Origin: Carcharhinus longimanus
Taxonomy: Eukaryota
Assembly: GCA_030264375.1 (NCBI GenBank)
Contig: JASCQW010000032.1
Coordinates: 70,508,581 to 70,572,580, forward strand
Direction: 5' to 3'
DNA: 64,000 nt
Shown: positions 38,208-49,235 of the stretch, in pieces
Position numbering within the stretch: the first letter of the stretch is position 1
How the letters are laid out: each line of letters begins with the position of its first letter
Notes under the pieces: model-generated
The model's database searches: none
What the model was told of the DNA's origin: nothing
The model's input: the letters and a program-made list of their open reading frames with translations, nothing else
Program-made: the position numbers and the translations under genes

Positions 38208-41165
38208 ACAAAAAAGTACTCCTTGGAAGCACATGGACTATTCTTTTTACATAAGGACCACTATATGAACATTGGATGGTATAAAGTCAAGCAGATCAAG
38301 GAGATGCTAAGTTCCATTTTGATTGCCTCAGCCCAGACAGCATTGTATTAACCGACACAGTATTTGAACTCAGTTCAGATGCCTATGTTTGATGAGGACT
38401 GGAGAAAGTTTGGTTGCTGTGGCTAACAGACTGTCTAGATACCGAGGCGAAAGAGAGAGAAACACCAGAAGGTCGCAATTAAACAAGGAGACATACTCCA
38501 GCAGAACTCACTACCTTATGCAAAGGTTAGGGAAGACAATTTGAGGTAATGTTGGACAAGTAATGAAGGCACAAGCATGTATACAGAGTCACAATCAGCT
38601 GAGATCAATGTGGGTTTGTTAGTTCAGCACCATGGGCTAAAAGATTGCACTTGTTTTAGTTGTTATACTAGGCCGAAAAGACAAGACTGGCTGCATTTGA
38701 CCTAATGTTTTCTAGAATAAAGCTTATCAAATAAAAAAAATCACAAATACAAGCACATGGACATTATATCCCACCTTTGAAAAATTACATCCACTTGCAT
38801 TACTTAACAGATATAATGAAATAGTTGTCCAGTTAAAATAAATAAAAAATTTGATTTAAAAAAAAACTCCACGACTCCAGTAAACTGTGCAGAGTACAAG
38901 GTGAAAGTCATAGCCCAGTTACAGAGTCAGAGGTTATTGTGTGTAACCTTAGGTACTGGATGCCATTTAAATTCCAAACCTGATTTTTCATACTTCAGAC
39001 TAGTCTCCCTGAAGATGATCAATGTGTCCAGGAATAAACAATAGTCTATTTATCAGTTAAGTTGACTCCATGAGACAATTTGGAAATTTTGTAACAGATC
39101 TCCCATAGTAAGGTCTCATAGTAAGACACAGAATCTATCATTTCAAAAAGAAAAGAACATTCACCAAGTAATGGACTAGCCTGTTGCAAATTTGGAACTA
39201 GAAATAATTTGGACTATCATTTTAAGGTCACAAGGTTCAATTAGACACATTGCAAGGTTAATTAAAAACAAATGGTTGGCTCATAAACTTATCAAAAATG
39301 TGACAGAAATTTTGCACGAGGTGACAAAATGTGACATTGCAAAATGTTGGTATTTTTATAGTTTTTATCCACAATAAAGCTATTGGTTTGAACAGCATTA
39401 ATCCTTAGGAGCATAGCATTTAACTTGTGCTCTGCGTAGTCACCTCATCGAAACCAATTTGAATAAGAAGATGATGTGCGGTGGCTCCAAAGTCTCTCAC
39501 ATGGAGGGACAAGGAACATTAGGGCATAGGATCACAACTGGTCAATCCTTTGTATCCTTTGGTAGATTACCCTGGGTTATTGGTCGTGGAGTAAGCTAAG
39601 TACCCATCTTCTCAGCTGTAACAGTGTCATTTGAGGCAGTTAAACAAAGGGGTTAAATTACAGAGGGCAATAGGGTGACTGTTACTTGAAAGCTCTCCCA
39701 TAAAAAGGAAAGCTTTAAAACTCCCACTGACCTGCCAATATCAGTGCAACATAACATCCTCACAATCACTTGTGTAATAGCTTTTGTGCATTCAGGTTGA
39801 AATAAATTTGGTAGATAGCTACACTGCAAAGAAAACAGATATTTAAAATCCAAGAAATTAAAACATTATGGTGTCCTGTCACGAGTTAGAATTCAGAGCA
39901 GGTTGTTAAAAACTGAAAAAAGAGGGATAATGTGTTGAAGGAAAGGATGTAGATTTGAACAGTGAAAGCTTCTTTCTTCTCATTCTGAAAAGGAAACCCA
40001 AAGTGCTCTCCACTTTTAACACAATGTTCAGTGGTGACCTGCTGAGGTGACATCTTTAAAAATAATTGTCTACTTACCATTAGATGCAGTCGTAGAAAGT
40101 TTTACAGGAAGCACGAAAATGGTCTCTGAAAAACTGGCCTCAGCAGGATTGTGTGAAAGAACAAAACAATGTGACTGGGTGATTTATAACAAAAAAAAAG
40201 TATATAGTAAGTAGAATTTTCTACCTAGCTGCAAGCCATAATTCATACTGATCTCTTATCAAGATAAAGTACCTTTTCTCTGAATGATCTGTGTGGTTAA
40301 ATGATTTTGATAAATGCCAGTACATAACAGGTAGCTGCTTCACAAACAATCAAGATAAAGTAGGCTTACTGGGAGACGAATGGTAAATTGCATTCCTTGG
40401 CTATGTTTAAAGCTGTACAATTTCCTTATCAATGGTACAGTCTGCTGACCTCAGGTGGAGTTGTTGTAAGATGAAAGAAGCCTTGATTATTCATGCTCAA
40501 AATGCAGTCAATTTTTTTGCAGTGAATAGCAGAATTTCAGCTGCACAAATGTTCCAAAATTACTACTTTTACAGCATTTTGTAGGTTGCTGGAAGATATT
40601 AAGAGTGCTTAACTACAATGGTCATTAGCATGGAAACTTTCAATTTTGCCAATGATACTAACACCAGTTTTATCCCGACTAAGCCCTTACATCAGGAAGG
40701 GGCCAACAGTGAAAGTGACATGAAATGTGTGGACTTGAGGCCAAGCCATTCCAGCAGATTCCCAATGTAATTTCACTGGAAATCCATTAAATTGGCTGAC
40801 AACTAGGCTGGAAGCCGGTTATGCCAGATCCCAGCCGAGTGCTGAAGTTTCCAAGATAGTTTTGTGTGGGTAGAGTGAATCACATCTGTCCTGTTCAAAC
40901 TACTAAGTAGCCTAATATTGGTGTCAAACAACTACTGAGAATATTTGTAGTATGGCTCCTTTGATTTTGATGAGAAATGGATGAGGAAATAATGATTTAA
41001 TGGGACAAAGGAATGGATCAAAAAGGAGTAATCTAATTGAGGGGTTTAAAAGGCATCATGGACTATTACAGTTTCATCCTCTTAGACACATCACTGACAA
41101 ATATCTGTTCTAAATACACCAGATGATAAATGTTTATATTTGAGGGTTTTGGAAACAAAATTTTG

Positions 41166-41310
41166 TGCGGCGCGGTGGCACAGTGGTTAGCACTGCTGCA
41201 TCACAGCACCATTGACCCGGGTTCAATTCCCGGCTTGGGTCACTGTCTGTGTGAAGTTTGCACATTCTCCCTGTGTCTGCGTGGGTTTCCTCCGGGTGCT
41301 CCGGTTTCCT
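41166..41310 (+). mobile_element. V-SINE 5' half (runs into gap), little decayed
   Basis: GGCGCGGTGGCACAGTGGTTAGCAC (A box), GGTTCAATTCC (B box), V-domain; CpGs retained. Confidence 0.9.
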
Positions 41311-42069
41311 NNNNNNNNNNNNNNNNNNNNNNNNNNNNNNNNNNNNNNNNNNNNNNNNNNNNNNNNNNNNNNNNNNNNNNNNNNNNNNNNNNNNNNNNNN
41401 NNNNNNNNNNNNNNNNNNNNNNNNNNNNNNNNNNNNNNNNNNNNNNNNNNNNNNNNNNNNNNNNNNNNNNNNNNNNNNNNNNNNNNNNNNNNNNNNNNNN
41501 NNNNNNNNNNNNNNNNNNNNNNNNNNNNNNNNNNNNNNNNNNNNNNNNNNNNNNNNNNNNNNNNNNNNNNNNNNNNNNNNNNNNNNNNNNNNNNNNNNNN
41601 NNNNNNNNNNNNNNNNNNNNNNNNNNNNNNNNNNNNNNNNNNNNNNNNNNNNNNNNNNNNNNNNNNNNNNNNNNNNNNNNNNNNNNNNNNNNNNNNNNNN
41701 NNNNNNNNNNNNNNNNNNNNNNNNNNNNNNNNNNNNNNNNNNNNNNNNNNNNNNNNNNNNNNNNNNNNNNNNNNNNNNNNNNNNNNNNNNNNNNNNNNNN
41801 NNNNNNNNNNNNNNNNNNNNNNNNNNNNNNNNNNNNNNNNNNNNNNNNNNNNNNNNNNNNNNNNNNNNNNNNNNNNNNNNNNNNNNNNNNNNNNNNNNNN
41901 NNNNNNNNNNNNNNNNNNNNNNNNNNNNNNNNNNNNNNNNNNNNNNNNNNNNNNNNNNNNNNNNNNNNNNNNNCTTTCAGGTATCATGCCTTAAAAAGCT
42001 ATTGCTGGCCAGGGATCTTCATGTCTTGGTTATGCTTGGCAAGGTACAGCAGTGTTTTACAAATACCTT

Positions 42070-42272
42070 CAACAGGTTCTGGCTGACTAGGAGACTCTCC
42101 TGCTGTTACCACCTGCATAAACATATTGGAAGGATTTGTAGTTTGATATTCAACCAATTTTTCCATGTTGTGAACACATCTTCAGTGGGCACCAAGCCCT
42201 GGAGTGGGATTTGAACCCAGAGTTTCTTTTTCAAGTGTAGAGACGCCTCTACTGTGCTACAAGGCACCCCTC
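42070..42272 (-). mobile_element. tRNA-derived SINE fragment (another family)
   Basis: Minus strand B box GGTTCAAATCCCACTCCAG and A-box-like TGTAGCACAGTAG. Confidence 0.55.
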
Positions 42273-42459
42273 TGCTTAGATGCCACATCAATTATATGGG
42301 CATATATGGGAATGCCCATTGTGAATTAGTGGTAAGGGTTTCACTATGGAAGGCAGTAAGAAAAAAGACCATCCCCACCTGACAGAGCTGAAAGGCAGCT
42401 TTCAACCTCCTCTCTTAGCTGCATGGCTGAGAAAATGTTTTCTTAATTCCCTCAGTCAA

Positions 42460-42830
42460 AGCTGATGTTGTGGATATTGAAAGCCTGTGAACTCAACCAC
42501 TTCCCGCAGGTAACCTCTCTCTCTTGGAAGAGTGTAACTTCAGTAATGCGCAATACTTGTGTAAATGGCATAATTTCTGAGATCACAGCATTTATCCTGT
42601 CATGCGCGACTTTGAGAGGCGCATTGTGCATCTTCTACTACCAGCTAATTGTAGCAGAATTTAGTACATATTCTGGCTTGTCTGACTTATGCTTATAGGA
42701 ACTTCTTTGATCTTAATGATGCTGAAATTGCATTGAAATTTATGCTAATTTCTACTCTGATTTTCCTGACATATTTTATGTCAAATTTCCAGCGGAGCCC
42801 ATGTTTCTAAAGTTGCAACTTAAAAACAGC
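42460..42830. promoter_or_regulatory. Candidate conserved non-coding element about 1.6 kb upstream of the exon
   Basis: Repeat-free, several CpGs, ATTTATGCTAAT and TAATT motifs. Conservation not verified. Confidence 0.35.
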
Positions 42831-43171
42831 CATAGATGCAGCACTAGCAATAAGGGTAATAATGAGTAGGCTGTTTGCTGTATTTTGTCATCATAGTGTC
42901 GCATCCTCATCAGCTCTTCACTAACAGGAAAAGGTCACTCTAACCCTGGCAAGTGGCAGGGAAGGACAGGGGTCTGAAGTATTTTGCACGCACGGAGGCA
43001 AACAGCATTTTGGTTAAGTAGAGCATGGATGTCAATAAGAAAGATTTGAAACAAGTCTGGAAGAAAATTCCTATCAAAGTCTGCAAATCTCAGCTGCACA
43101 TTTATCAGGGGATTTGTTGGGTTACGTTGCGCCTGAATATTTGGATTCAAATCGATGTCAGTGTACTATTC

Positions 43172-43611
43172 GGAGTAAATTTTCTGATCCCACCCACGGG
43201 AATCATAGCGGATAGGAGTGAAAATTTGGCGGACCGTTTGGGCAGCACGGTGACACAGCGGTTAGCATTGCTGCCTCAAAGTGCCGGGGCACAGGTTCAA
43301 TTCCCAGCTTGGAACACTGTCTGTGCAGAATCATCACACTCTTCCTGTGTCTGCATGGGTTTCCTCTGGATGCTCCGATTTCCTCCCACAGTCCGAAAGA
43401 TGTGCTCGTTATGTGCATTGGCCATGCTAAATTCTCCCTCAGTGTACCCAAACAGGCACTGGGGTGCAGCAATTAGGGGATGTTCACAGTAATTTCATTG
43501 CAGTGTTAATGTAGGCCTACTTGCAACACTAATAAATAAACTTTAAAAGGCCTGTTGACCTCAGGCAGAAATTTCCAGTCTTGGGGTGCACGCGGCCAGG
43601 AAATCCCATCC
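43172..43611 (-). mobile_element. MITE family copy split by a SINE insertion
   Basis: 43172-43239 and 43546-43611 join into one reverse-oriented copy of 19676-19802. Confidence 0.7.
43240..43545 (+). mobile_element. V-SINE with a non-HE1 3' tail
   Basis: Same head and V-domain as the HE1 copies, but ends ...TTCATTGCAGTGTTAATGTAGGCCTACTTGCAACACTAATAAATAAA. Confidence 0.85.
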
Positions 43612-44427
43612 TTCATGTAAAGCCAGAAAAACTGCTCACTTGCATGGGGTTGGGGCTTGGAACTGATTGGCAGATGATTTTGGCAGACATATCTTGCAAC
43701 TGGAACAAAGAAATGTGGACATTTGCGCAATTCGATCGTTCAGCATAAAACTGGCATTATCAGTTACACACAAATTTCCTCACCCAATGCTTCTGCAGTG
43801 TAATTATGCCAGAAAGTTCTAGGAAATTCCAGGCTTATCAGACTGATGTTTAAGACAAGAGTATCTGATTCTGTTATTTTAATAGCCGCATGGACTAAGC
43901 AATTTAAGCTCTCAAGTTAAAATAATGGCAAGAGTTACTTAGTGCTAGTGTGTCAGGCCTACGTACAATATGTCATTTCTCTCTTACAGTTCTTTAAGAT
44001 TCAGAGCTACAACAAACAAGTTAACATCTTATGAAACCCTGCATCTAATAAACAAATTAAAATGAATGATTCCTGTTCACCTTGATCTCAAAACCTCTGT
44101 GTTTTAGACTCAAGTCTCATATTGATGTGTTACAATAGACTTACTGTTTTGATTTTAAAGGCTGAGAAACATAGCTGCGGAAAACTCAGATGGTAATCTG
44201 GGTCATGCATGCCTTCCATCACTGTCATGAATGTCTGGTATTAAGTGAACAATTGTTTAGTTAAAAGAACTAGAAGTGCATTCTGTTTCGCTCTTATTGT
44301 AGTATCTTTACTCAGCTGTCACTGCTGCGTATGTATCAGAATGCAATAAATGTGTCACAAGGGACCAGCTGAGGAGAGTTAATAGTATTCAACCAGTATC
44401 CTAACTGTGGACATTTCTCTCCCACAG

Positions 44428-44533
44428 AAAATCAGAATTACACTCAACGTGTTCAGTGTGTGAAGAGCCTGGTGAAGAAGCTTCCTAAACCTAACCATGA
44501 TACCTTGAGAGTTCTCGTTAAACATTTACAGAA
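44428..44533 (+). CDS. ARHGAP15: Internal coding exon (106 nt) of a RhoGAP-domain gene, best match ARHGAP15 (ARHGAP12/9/27 family)
   Basis: Branch-point-like CTAAC at 44401-44405, pyrimidine tract, acceptor CAG ending 44427, donor GTAAGC at 44534. Phase-1 start/phase-2 end, translating (x)-NQNYTQRVQCVKSLVKKLPKPNHDTLRVLVKHLQ-(K/N). This aligns by eye to the RhoGAP helix of human ARHGAP15 as I recall it (KQDNNTRIEAVKSLVQKLPPPNRDTMKVLFGHLTK). The very long flanking introns fit ARHGAP15 better than its paralogues. Not in the ORF track because it has no ATG. Confidence 0.88.
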
Positions 44534-44934
44534 GTAAGCACTGAAATATTTATTTCTTATTCATACATCTTAGCATGCATGCTTCATTCCACAAATTTAA
44601 ACTGTGTTACAGAAATTGCAAAATTTAGGTATTTTGTGCCTCCTATTACCATGGGAGATCTCACTGGCTCATTATGCACCAGCAGTATTCTAAATGCAGT
44701 CTTTAAAATACATTACTAGAAATAGTGAACATAAAAAATATTTCTGCTATTGTTATAATGTCATTAATACCAAGTAATCTGGAGAAGACTTCCTTCCAAA
44801 TGTTATAGTTAGTATTAAAAACAGAAAGACACTTATTCTCAGGGTGACAGTAGTGACAACAAATATCAAAAACTTGCATTTATATAGTCCCTTCAATGAA
44901 TAAAGGTATCCATAACTGTTTATAGAAAGTGTAA

Positions 44935-45061
44935 TGATGTGGAGATGCCAGCATTGGACCGGGGTAGGCACACTAAGAAGTCTCACAATACCAGGTTAAA
45001 GTCCAACAGGTTTATTTGGAATCACAAGCTTTCAGAACGCTACTGCTTCATCAGATGATTG
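44935..45061 (-). mobile_element. 127-bp family A Penelope-like terminus with hammerhead motif and 14-bp TSD
   Basis: TATAGAAAGTGTAA (44921-44934) and TATAGGAAGTGTAA (45062-45075) flank TGATGTGGAGATGCC...TCATCAGATGATTG. Confidence 0.8.
45020..45060 (-). ncRNA. Minimal type I hammerhead ribozyme motif (activity unknown)
   Basis: AAUCAU CUGAUGA A GCAGU AGC GUUCU GAA AGCU U GUGAUU. 6-bp stem I, intact CUGAUGA and GAAA, palindromic AGCU as stem III, UH cleavage site. Stem II has a C-C mismatch and wobbles. Confidence 0.6.
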
Positions 45062-45624
45062 TATAGGAAGTGTAAGACGGAATGAATACCAAGACAAGGG
45101 ATGAGTTATTAGGGGGAACAGTCAAAAAGATGCATTTTAAGGATTCTTAAAGAAAGACAGCAAAGTGGACAGGCAGAGGGATTTAGAGAAGGAGTTTTAG
45201 AACATGAAACCTTGGAAGCTGAATGCATGACAGTAAACAATGAAGCAAGTGAGGAGATGATGCACAAGTGGCTGGAGTTAAGGCAACAGATAGTTTGGAT
45301 TACTGTTGTATGATTAGAGAGTTAAAGAGATAGGAAGGGATGAGACAACAGTTGTACTCAAACAGAAGGATAAGGATTGTAAGTTTTAGGCATTGGAGAA
45401 CTGTGGAAGTTATGCAGGCCATTGATAAAGGAATTGATGAACGAGAAGCTGTAGGATAGTATGCAATCAGACTAGTTTTGGATGAGCTGAAATTTATGAT
45501 GGAGCTAGACAGTGGAGAATTAGAGTGATCGGTCCGGAGGAGACAAAGACATGAATCTGAGCATCAGTGGCAAATACGATGTGGTAGAGAATCAGACAGG
45601 TTAGGGATTCAGTGCTTCAATGCA

Positions 45625-45895
45625 AAGCTTGCATTTATATGGTGCTTTTTATTTTCCATGGTCTTTCCAAAACACTTCAGGACCAATACAGAAAGTTTGA
45701 AATTGAGCCATTTTGCAATAAAGGTAAATGCCAAACTATACACAGTAAGGTCCCACAAACAACAACGAGATAAATATATCAGATTGTTTGGTGGCATTGG
45801 TTGAAGGACAAATATTGGCCAGGACGTTGGAAGAGCCCCCAGCTCTTTATAATAGTGCCTCGGCTAGGGCAGAGGGGGCCATATTATCTCATCTA
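45625..45895 (-). mobile_element. Deu-domain SINE 3' part
   Basis: Collinear with 37795-38060 and 56080-56300. Confidence 0.55.
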
Positions 45896-46529
45896 ACCAA
45901 GAATATAGGTTTATTTCTGTTAAAAGTTGAGCCATAGTCAATTCTAAAAAGAATAATCAGACTATTAAATCGTGTAGGGATCTGAAAGGAAACACGGCAA
46001 TTCCGATTCCTCATTAAAAATGATAATTTACAGCAATTGCAAGTCAGGAATACAGGCCTGTAATTTCAAATTGGCAAATTTATATTATTCCTCCCACTCT
46101 CAGTGGATTGCTTCACTGACAAGACCTGGATTCAGTTGTGCTTTTAGCATTATCTGTTCAACATATGGCATTGTCCAGTAGAACAGTGCACGCAGAAAAA
46201 GGAATGCATCATTACTGAAACAATAACATTTAAGACATAAATTCCAAACACTGAAACTAATAAGGATCCCATTAGCTGCAGCAGTTATCAAGTATTTGCT
46301 CAGGGTGGGCACTTAGTTTCAGCTTTCTTTTTCTTTCTCAGGATTTTAGTCCACTGACATCAATGACCATAAAACTGATAAGAAAATTTGTAATGGCTTT
46401 AGTTAATGAAAGACATAGTAGTAGGTAAAACGTGACAAAGCAACATTTTATGTTAATATAATGCAACCTTCCTCAGAGAAACACTGAAGATCAACAATTT
46501 TGCAATAAAACCACAACAACAGATTTATA

Positions 46530-46622
46530 ATAACAACAGGAAATGTGGGAAAATCCCAGCAGGTCTGACAGCATCTGTGAGGAGAGAGCAGAGCCAACAT
46601 TTCAATGACCCTTCGTCAGATT
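46530..46622 (-). mobile_element. Family B Penelope-like terminus with partial hammerhead motif
   Basis: CAGCAGGTCTGACAGCATCTGTG...; minus strand reads CTGACGA A GGGTCATT GAA ATGT T GGCTC: core intact, half of stem II deleted. Confidence 0.65.
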
Positions 46623-46744
46623 TATAGACAGATTTGTAGATAAATTTATAGACAGGTTCTGAGGCATGATTCTTTGTATTAATATCAATTATCTACTTTA
46701 TTGATTATCTTGTCTACAATAAGTTGTCAGTTTGATTCTGTATC

Positions 46745-46845
46745 AGAGAATCCCGACAGCGCAGAAGAAGGCCATTTGGCCCATCGAGTCTGCACTGACT
46801 CTCTGACACAGTGTCTTACCTCACCCTACCCCTGTGACCCTTCTC
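46745..46845 (-). mobile_element. HE1/CR1 3' tail fragment
   Basis: AGAATCCC...GGCCATTTGGCCCATCGAGTCTGCAC, as at 35375-35425. Confidence 0.7.
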
Positions 46846-47295
46846 ATTGGTCCCTGGTCTTTGCTCACCTAACTGATTGCCACTGGGGTAGCAACAAGGT
46901 TCCTCCAATTGGCTTAAGTGTTCCTAAGCTACGAAACAGAGCCAAGAGCCTGTGCAAAATATTTATGGATGTCAAGTGAGGGCTGTGATGCACCTTTTAG
47001 TTAAATCTTCTGATGACACCTGCTCTTCAGACTTGCAAATGGAAAATAGTCATTTGTCTGAATTACACAAGAGCTGCTATCATTAATGTGGGCATGCCCC
47101 CAGTGTAAACTAATACATTGAGCCGAAGAACGGAGAAAATTGGATGGGTTTGTGGTGGGAGGGAGAGGAGAGAGAAGAGAGATGGCAGCACAGGAAAAGG
47201 GTTTAAATATCAAATTCTGAGATGTGTAAGTACAAGCTCAAATTTACATCACTGGTGTTTTGCTCTGGTCACAGGAAAGGTTGAGATCTACTCAT

Positions 47296-48180
47296 GCCAG
47301 GTGGATCTTCCAGTCCTGATGATAACGCATCCGCATCGTGAGTTTAGCAGTTGCATGGGGTGGATTCAGTGGGAAATTCCATTGACAGCAGCGGAACCAG
47401 AAGATCCTGCCACCGGCCAATAGGGGAGTCGCCTCCCACTGCCGAGAAACACGCCAAGGGGAGACCAGAGAATCTCACCCATGAATGAGAAAATAGAAAT
47501 GTTGGATGAAATTCTCTCATTCCCCAGCCAACAGGATCAATGGCGGGCGGGGAAGGAGAATACAGTGGGAGTTATAAAAATCGGTTTCACACTGGCATGA
47601 AATTACAGTAGGATTTTCCGATGCTGTCCACCATGGTGGATTGGAATTCCCACTCGAGGCCAGCATGAAACTGATACGCTTGTCAAAGAGCGGAGTAATC
47701 ACCCCCAATCCACCCCCCCCCGCACCCAATTCTCCATGTTGCCAAAACACACCAGTCCAGAACACCCCTGTGTCAACTTGGGATGCAAAGATTGGGGCTT
47801 TCCTGAATAAGGCCCAGAACTGCCTCCAGGGTTTGGAATGGAAGCTGCCAGCAGCACTGAACCCTGGGTCACCACAGCAGTGGGTGGGGAGGGTGTCAAT
47901 CAGATAGATCTTCCAGTTTCAATGTTCTCATGGATGTCTGCCTTCCAGCCTCAGGGTGTTCCTGGAGATTCATTGACTTTCTTCAGGAGGTTTATCTTCT
48001 TTCTCCTACAGTGAGTCAGCAGTGTTGGCCACCTTATAAAGATGGTGCAATACCCATTGTTGCACAATTAATTACATGGGGGCCAGAAGATATGGCCTAG
48101 TTCCCCATTGACTTACACAGTGGGAAATACTCCCTTTTCCCATCCCCATCACACTCCCAGATGAGAGAATTCCACCGATA
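47296..48180. mobile_element. Cluster of GC-rich TIR-element (MITE/Harbinger-like) remnants
   Basis: 47296-47480 ends AGAATCTCACCC and is reverse-similar to 50599-50795. 47503-48180 is bounded by GGATGAAATTCTCTCAT / ATGAGAGAATTCCACC inverted repeats. Confidence 0.5.
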
Positions 48181-48654
48181 GGGTACCAATGGATTGCCCT
48201 TGGAATTGTGCAAGGGGAGCAATTATAATTCAATTCACTATCACACCTTTTAATGATCACACAAACGTCAAAATTACTACTGAGGAATCAGATCAACTGT
48301 GACTGCCAGGTGAAGAAGGGTAAGAAGCCAGAGATATTTGATCCAGAGCATGCAGATATAGTTCAGTTCCCATTTCAAAGTCATACGTTCTCTCCTTACT
48401 TTAATCTGTCAGTTATAAATCCAATATCAATTTTCGATTGAAACCATCTGTAAAATTGCCCATGTTGTAATTATATCCTCCTATCAGTGATGGCACTGCA
48501 CAACGAGTTTACAAAGGCAGTTTCGATTATTAATCTGAAAATAGGAATTCATAATGAAAGCAGTTGAACTTAAGCGTGCGTATATGTAAGTTTTTTTTAA
48601 GACATTAAACTCCTATGGTGTTGATAGATAATTAAGACCAGGTATAGCTCATTT

Positions 48655-49022
48655 GACTGGCACATACATTCATTCCCTCCACCACCAACAAACATTGGCA
48701 AAAGTGTGTACCACCTACCAGATGCATTGCAGGGACTCACTAAGGCTCCTTCAGCATCACCTTCCAAATTCACGGCCATTATTATCTAGAAGGACAAGGG
48801 CAGCTGACACATGGGAACCCAATCACCTGGATGTTCCCTTTCAAATCACTCACCATTCTGACCTGGAAATACATCGCCATTCCTTTACCGTCGTTATGGG
48901 TGTACCTAAGCCATAGGAACTGCAGCAGTTGAAGAAGGCCACCACCTTCTCGAGCAATTAGAGATGGGCAATAAATGCTGTCTTAGGCACCGACATCCAC
49001 GTCCCTGAATTAATTTTAAAAA
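48655..49022 (+). mobile_element. CR1-clade (L2/Crack-like) LINE 3' end
   Basis: ORF 48653..48916 IHSLHHQQTLAKVCTTYQMHC...RRTRAA...HRHSFTV resembles a LINE ORF2 C-terminus; tail GATGGGCAATAAATGCTG; second copy at 57395-57958. Confidence 0.7.
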
Positions 49023-49038
49023 GCCTCTCGGTGAAGCA

Positions 49039-49235
49039 TGATGTGGAAATGCTGATGTTGGATTGGGGTGGACAAGATAAGAGGCACATGACACCAGGTT
49101 ATAGGTTTCTTTGAAATAACAAGCTTTCAAAGTCACTTCAGGGAACTTCACCTGACAAAGGAGCAGCACCCCAAAAGCTTATGATATCAAATAAACTTAT
49201 TGGACTTCAACCTGGTGTTGTGTGACCTCTCGTCA
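49039..49235. mobile_element. Family A Penelope-like inverted pair, older copy, 9-bp TSD
   Basis: GGTGAAGCA at 49030-49038 and 49236-49244. Plus-strand motif 49148-49184 TCAC CTGACAA A GGAGC AGC ACCCC AAA AGCT T ATGA has lost G8 and G12. Confidence 0.7.

Larger units (their letters stand above)
44863..45600 (-). mobile_element. L2-type LINE 3' end, interrupted by a family A element
   Basis: Starts AACTTGCATTTATATAG (reverse complement of a LINE/SINE tail); collinear with 5917-6540. Confidence 0.6.

Noticed and set aside
41166-41240. tRNA-like sequences with A and B boxes (also 32313, 43240, 16560-16635)
   Set aside because: They are SINE heads continuing into V-domain or SINE bodies; no complete cloverleaf seen.
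43025-43492. 155-aa ORF, and similar 100-130-aa ORFs at 35264-35711, 57189-57581 and 59247-59615
   Set aside because: They run through SINE/MITE/LINE debris or have no recognisable domain or splice context.
44396-44407. TATCCTAACT as a possible U12 branch point
   Set aside because: It lacks the TCCTTAAC consensus, and a normal pyrimidine tract follows, so it fits a U2 branch point. The upstream donor is outside the window.
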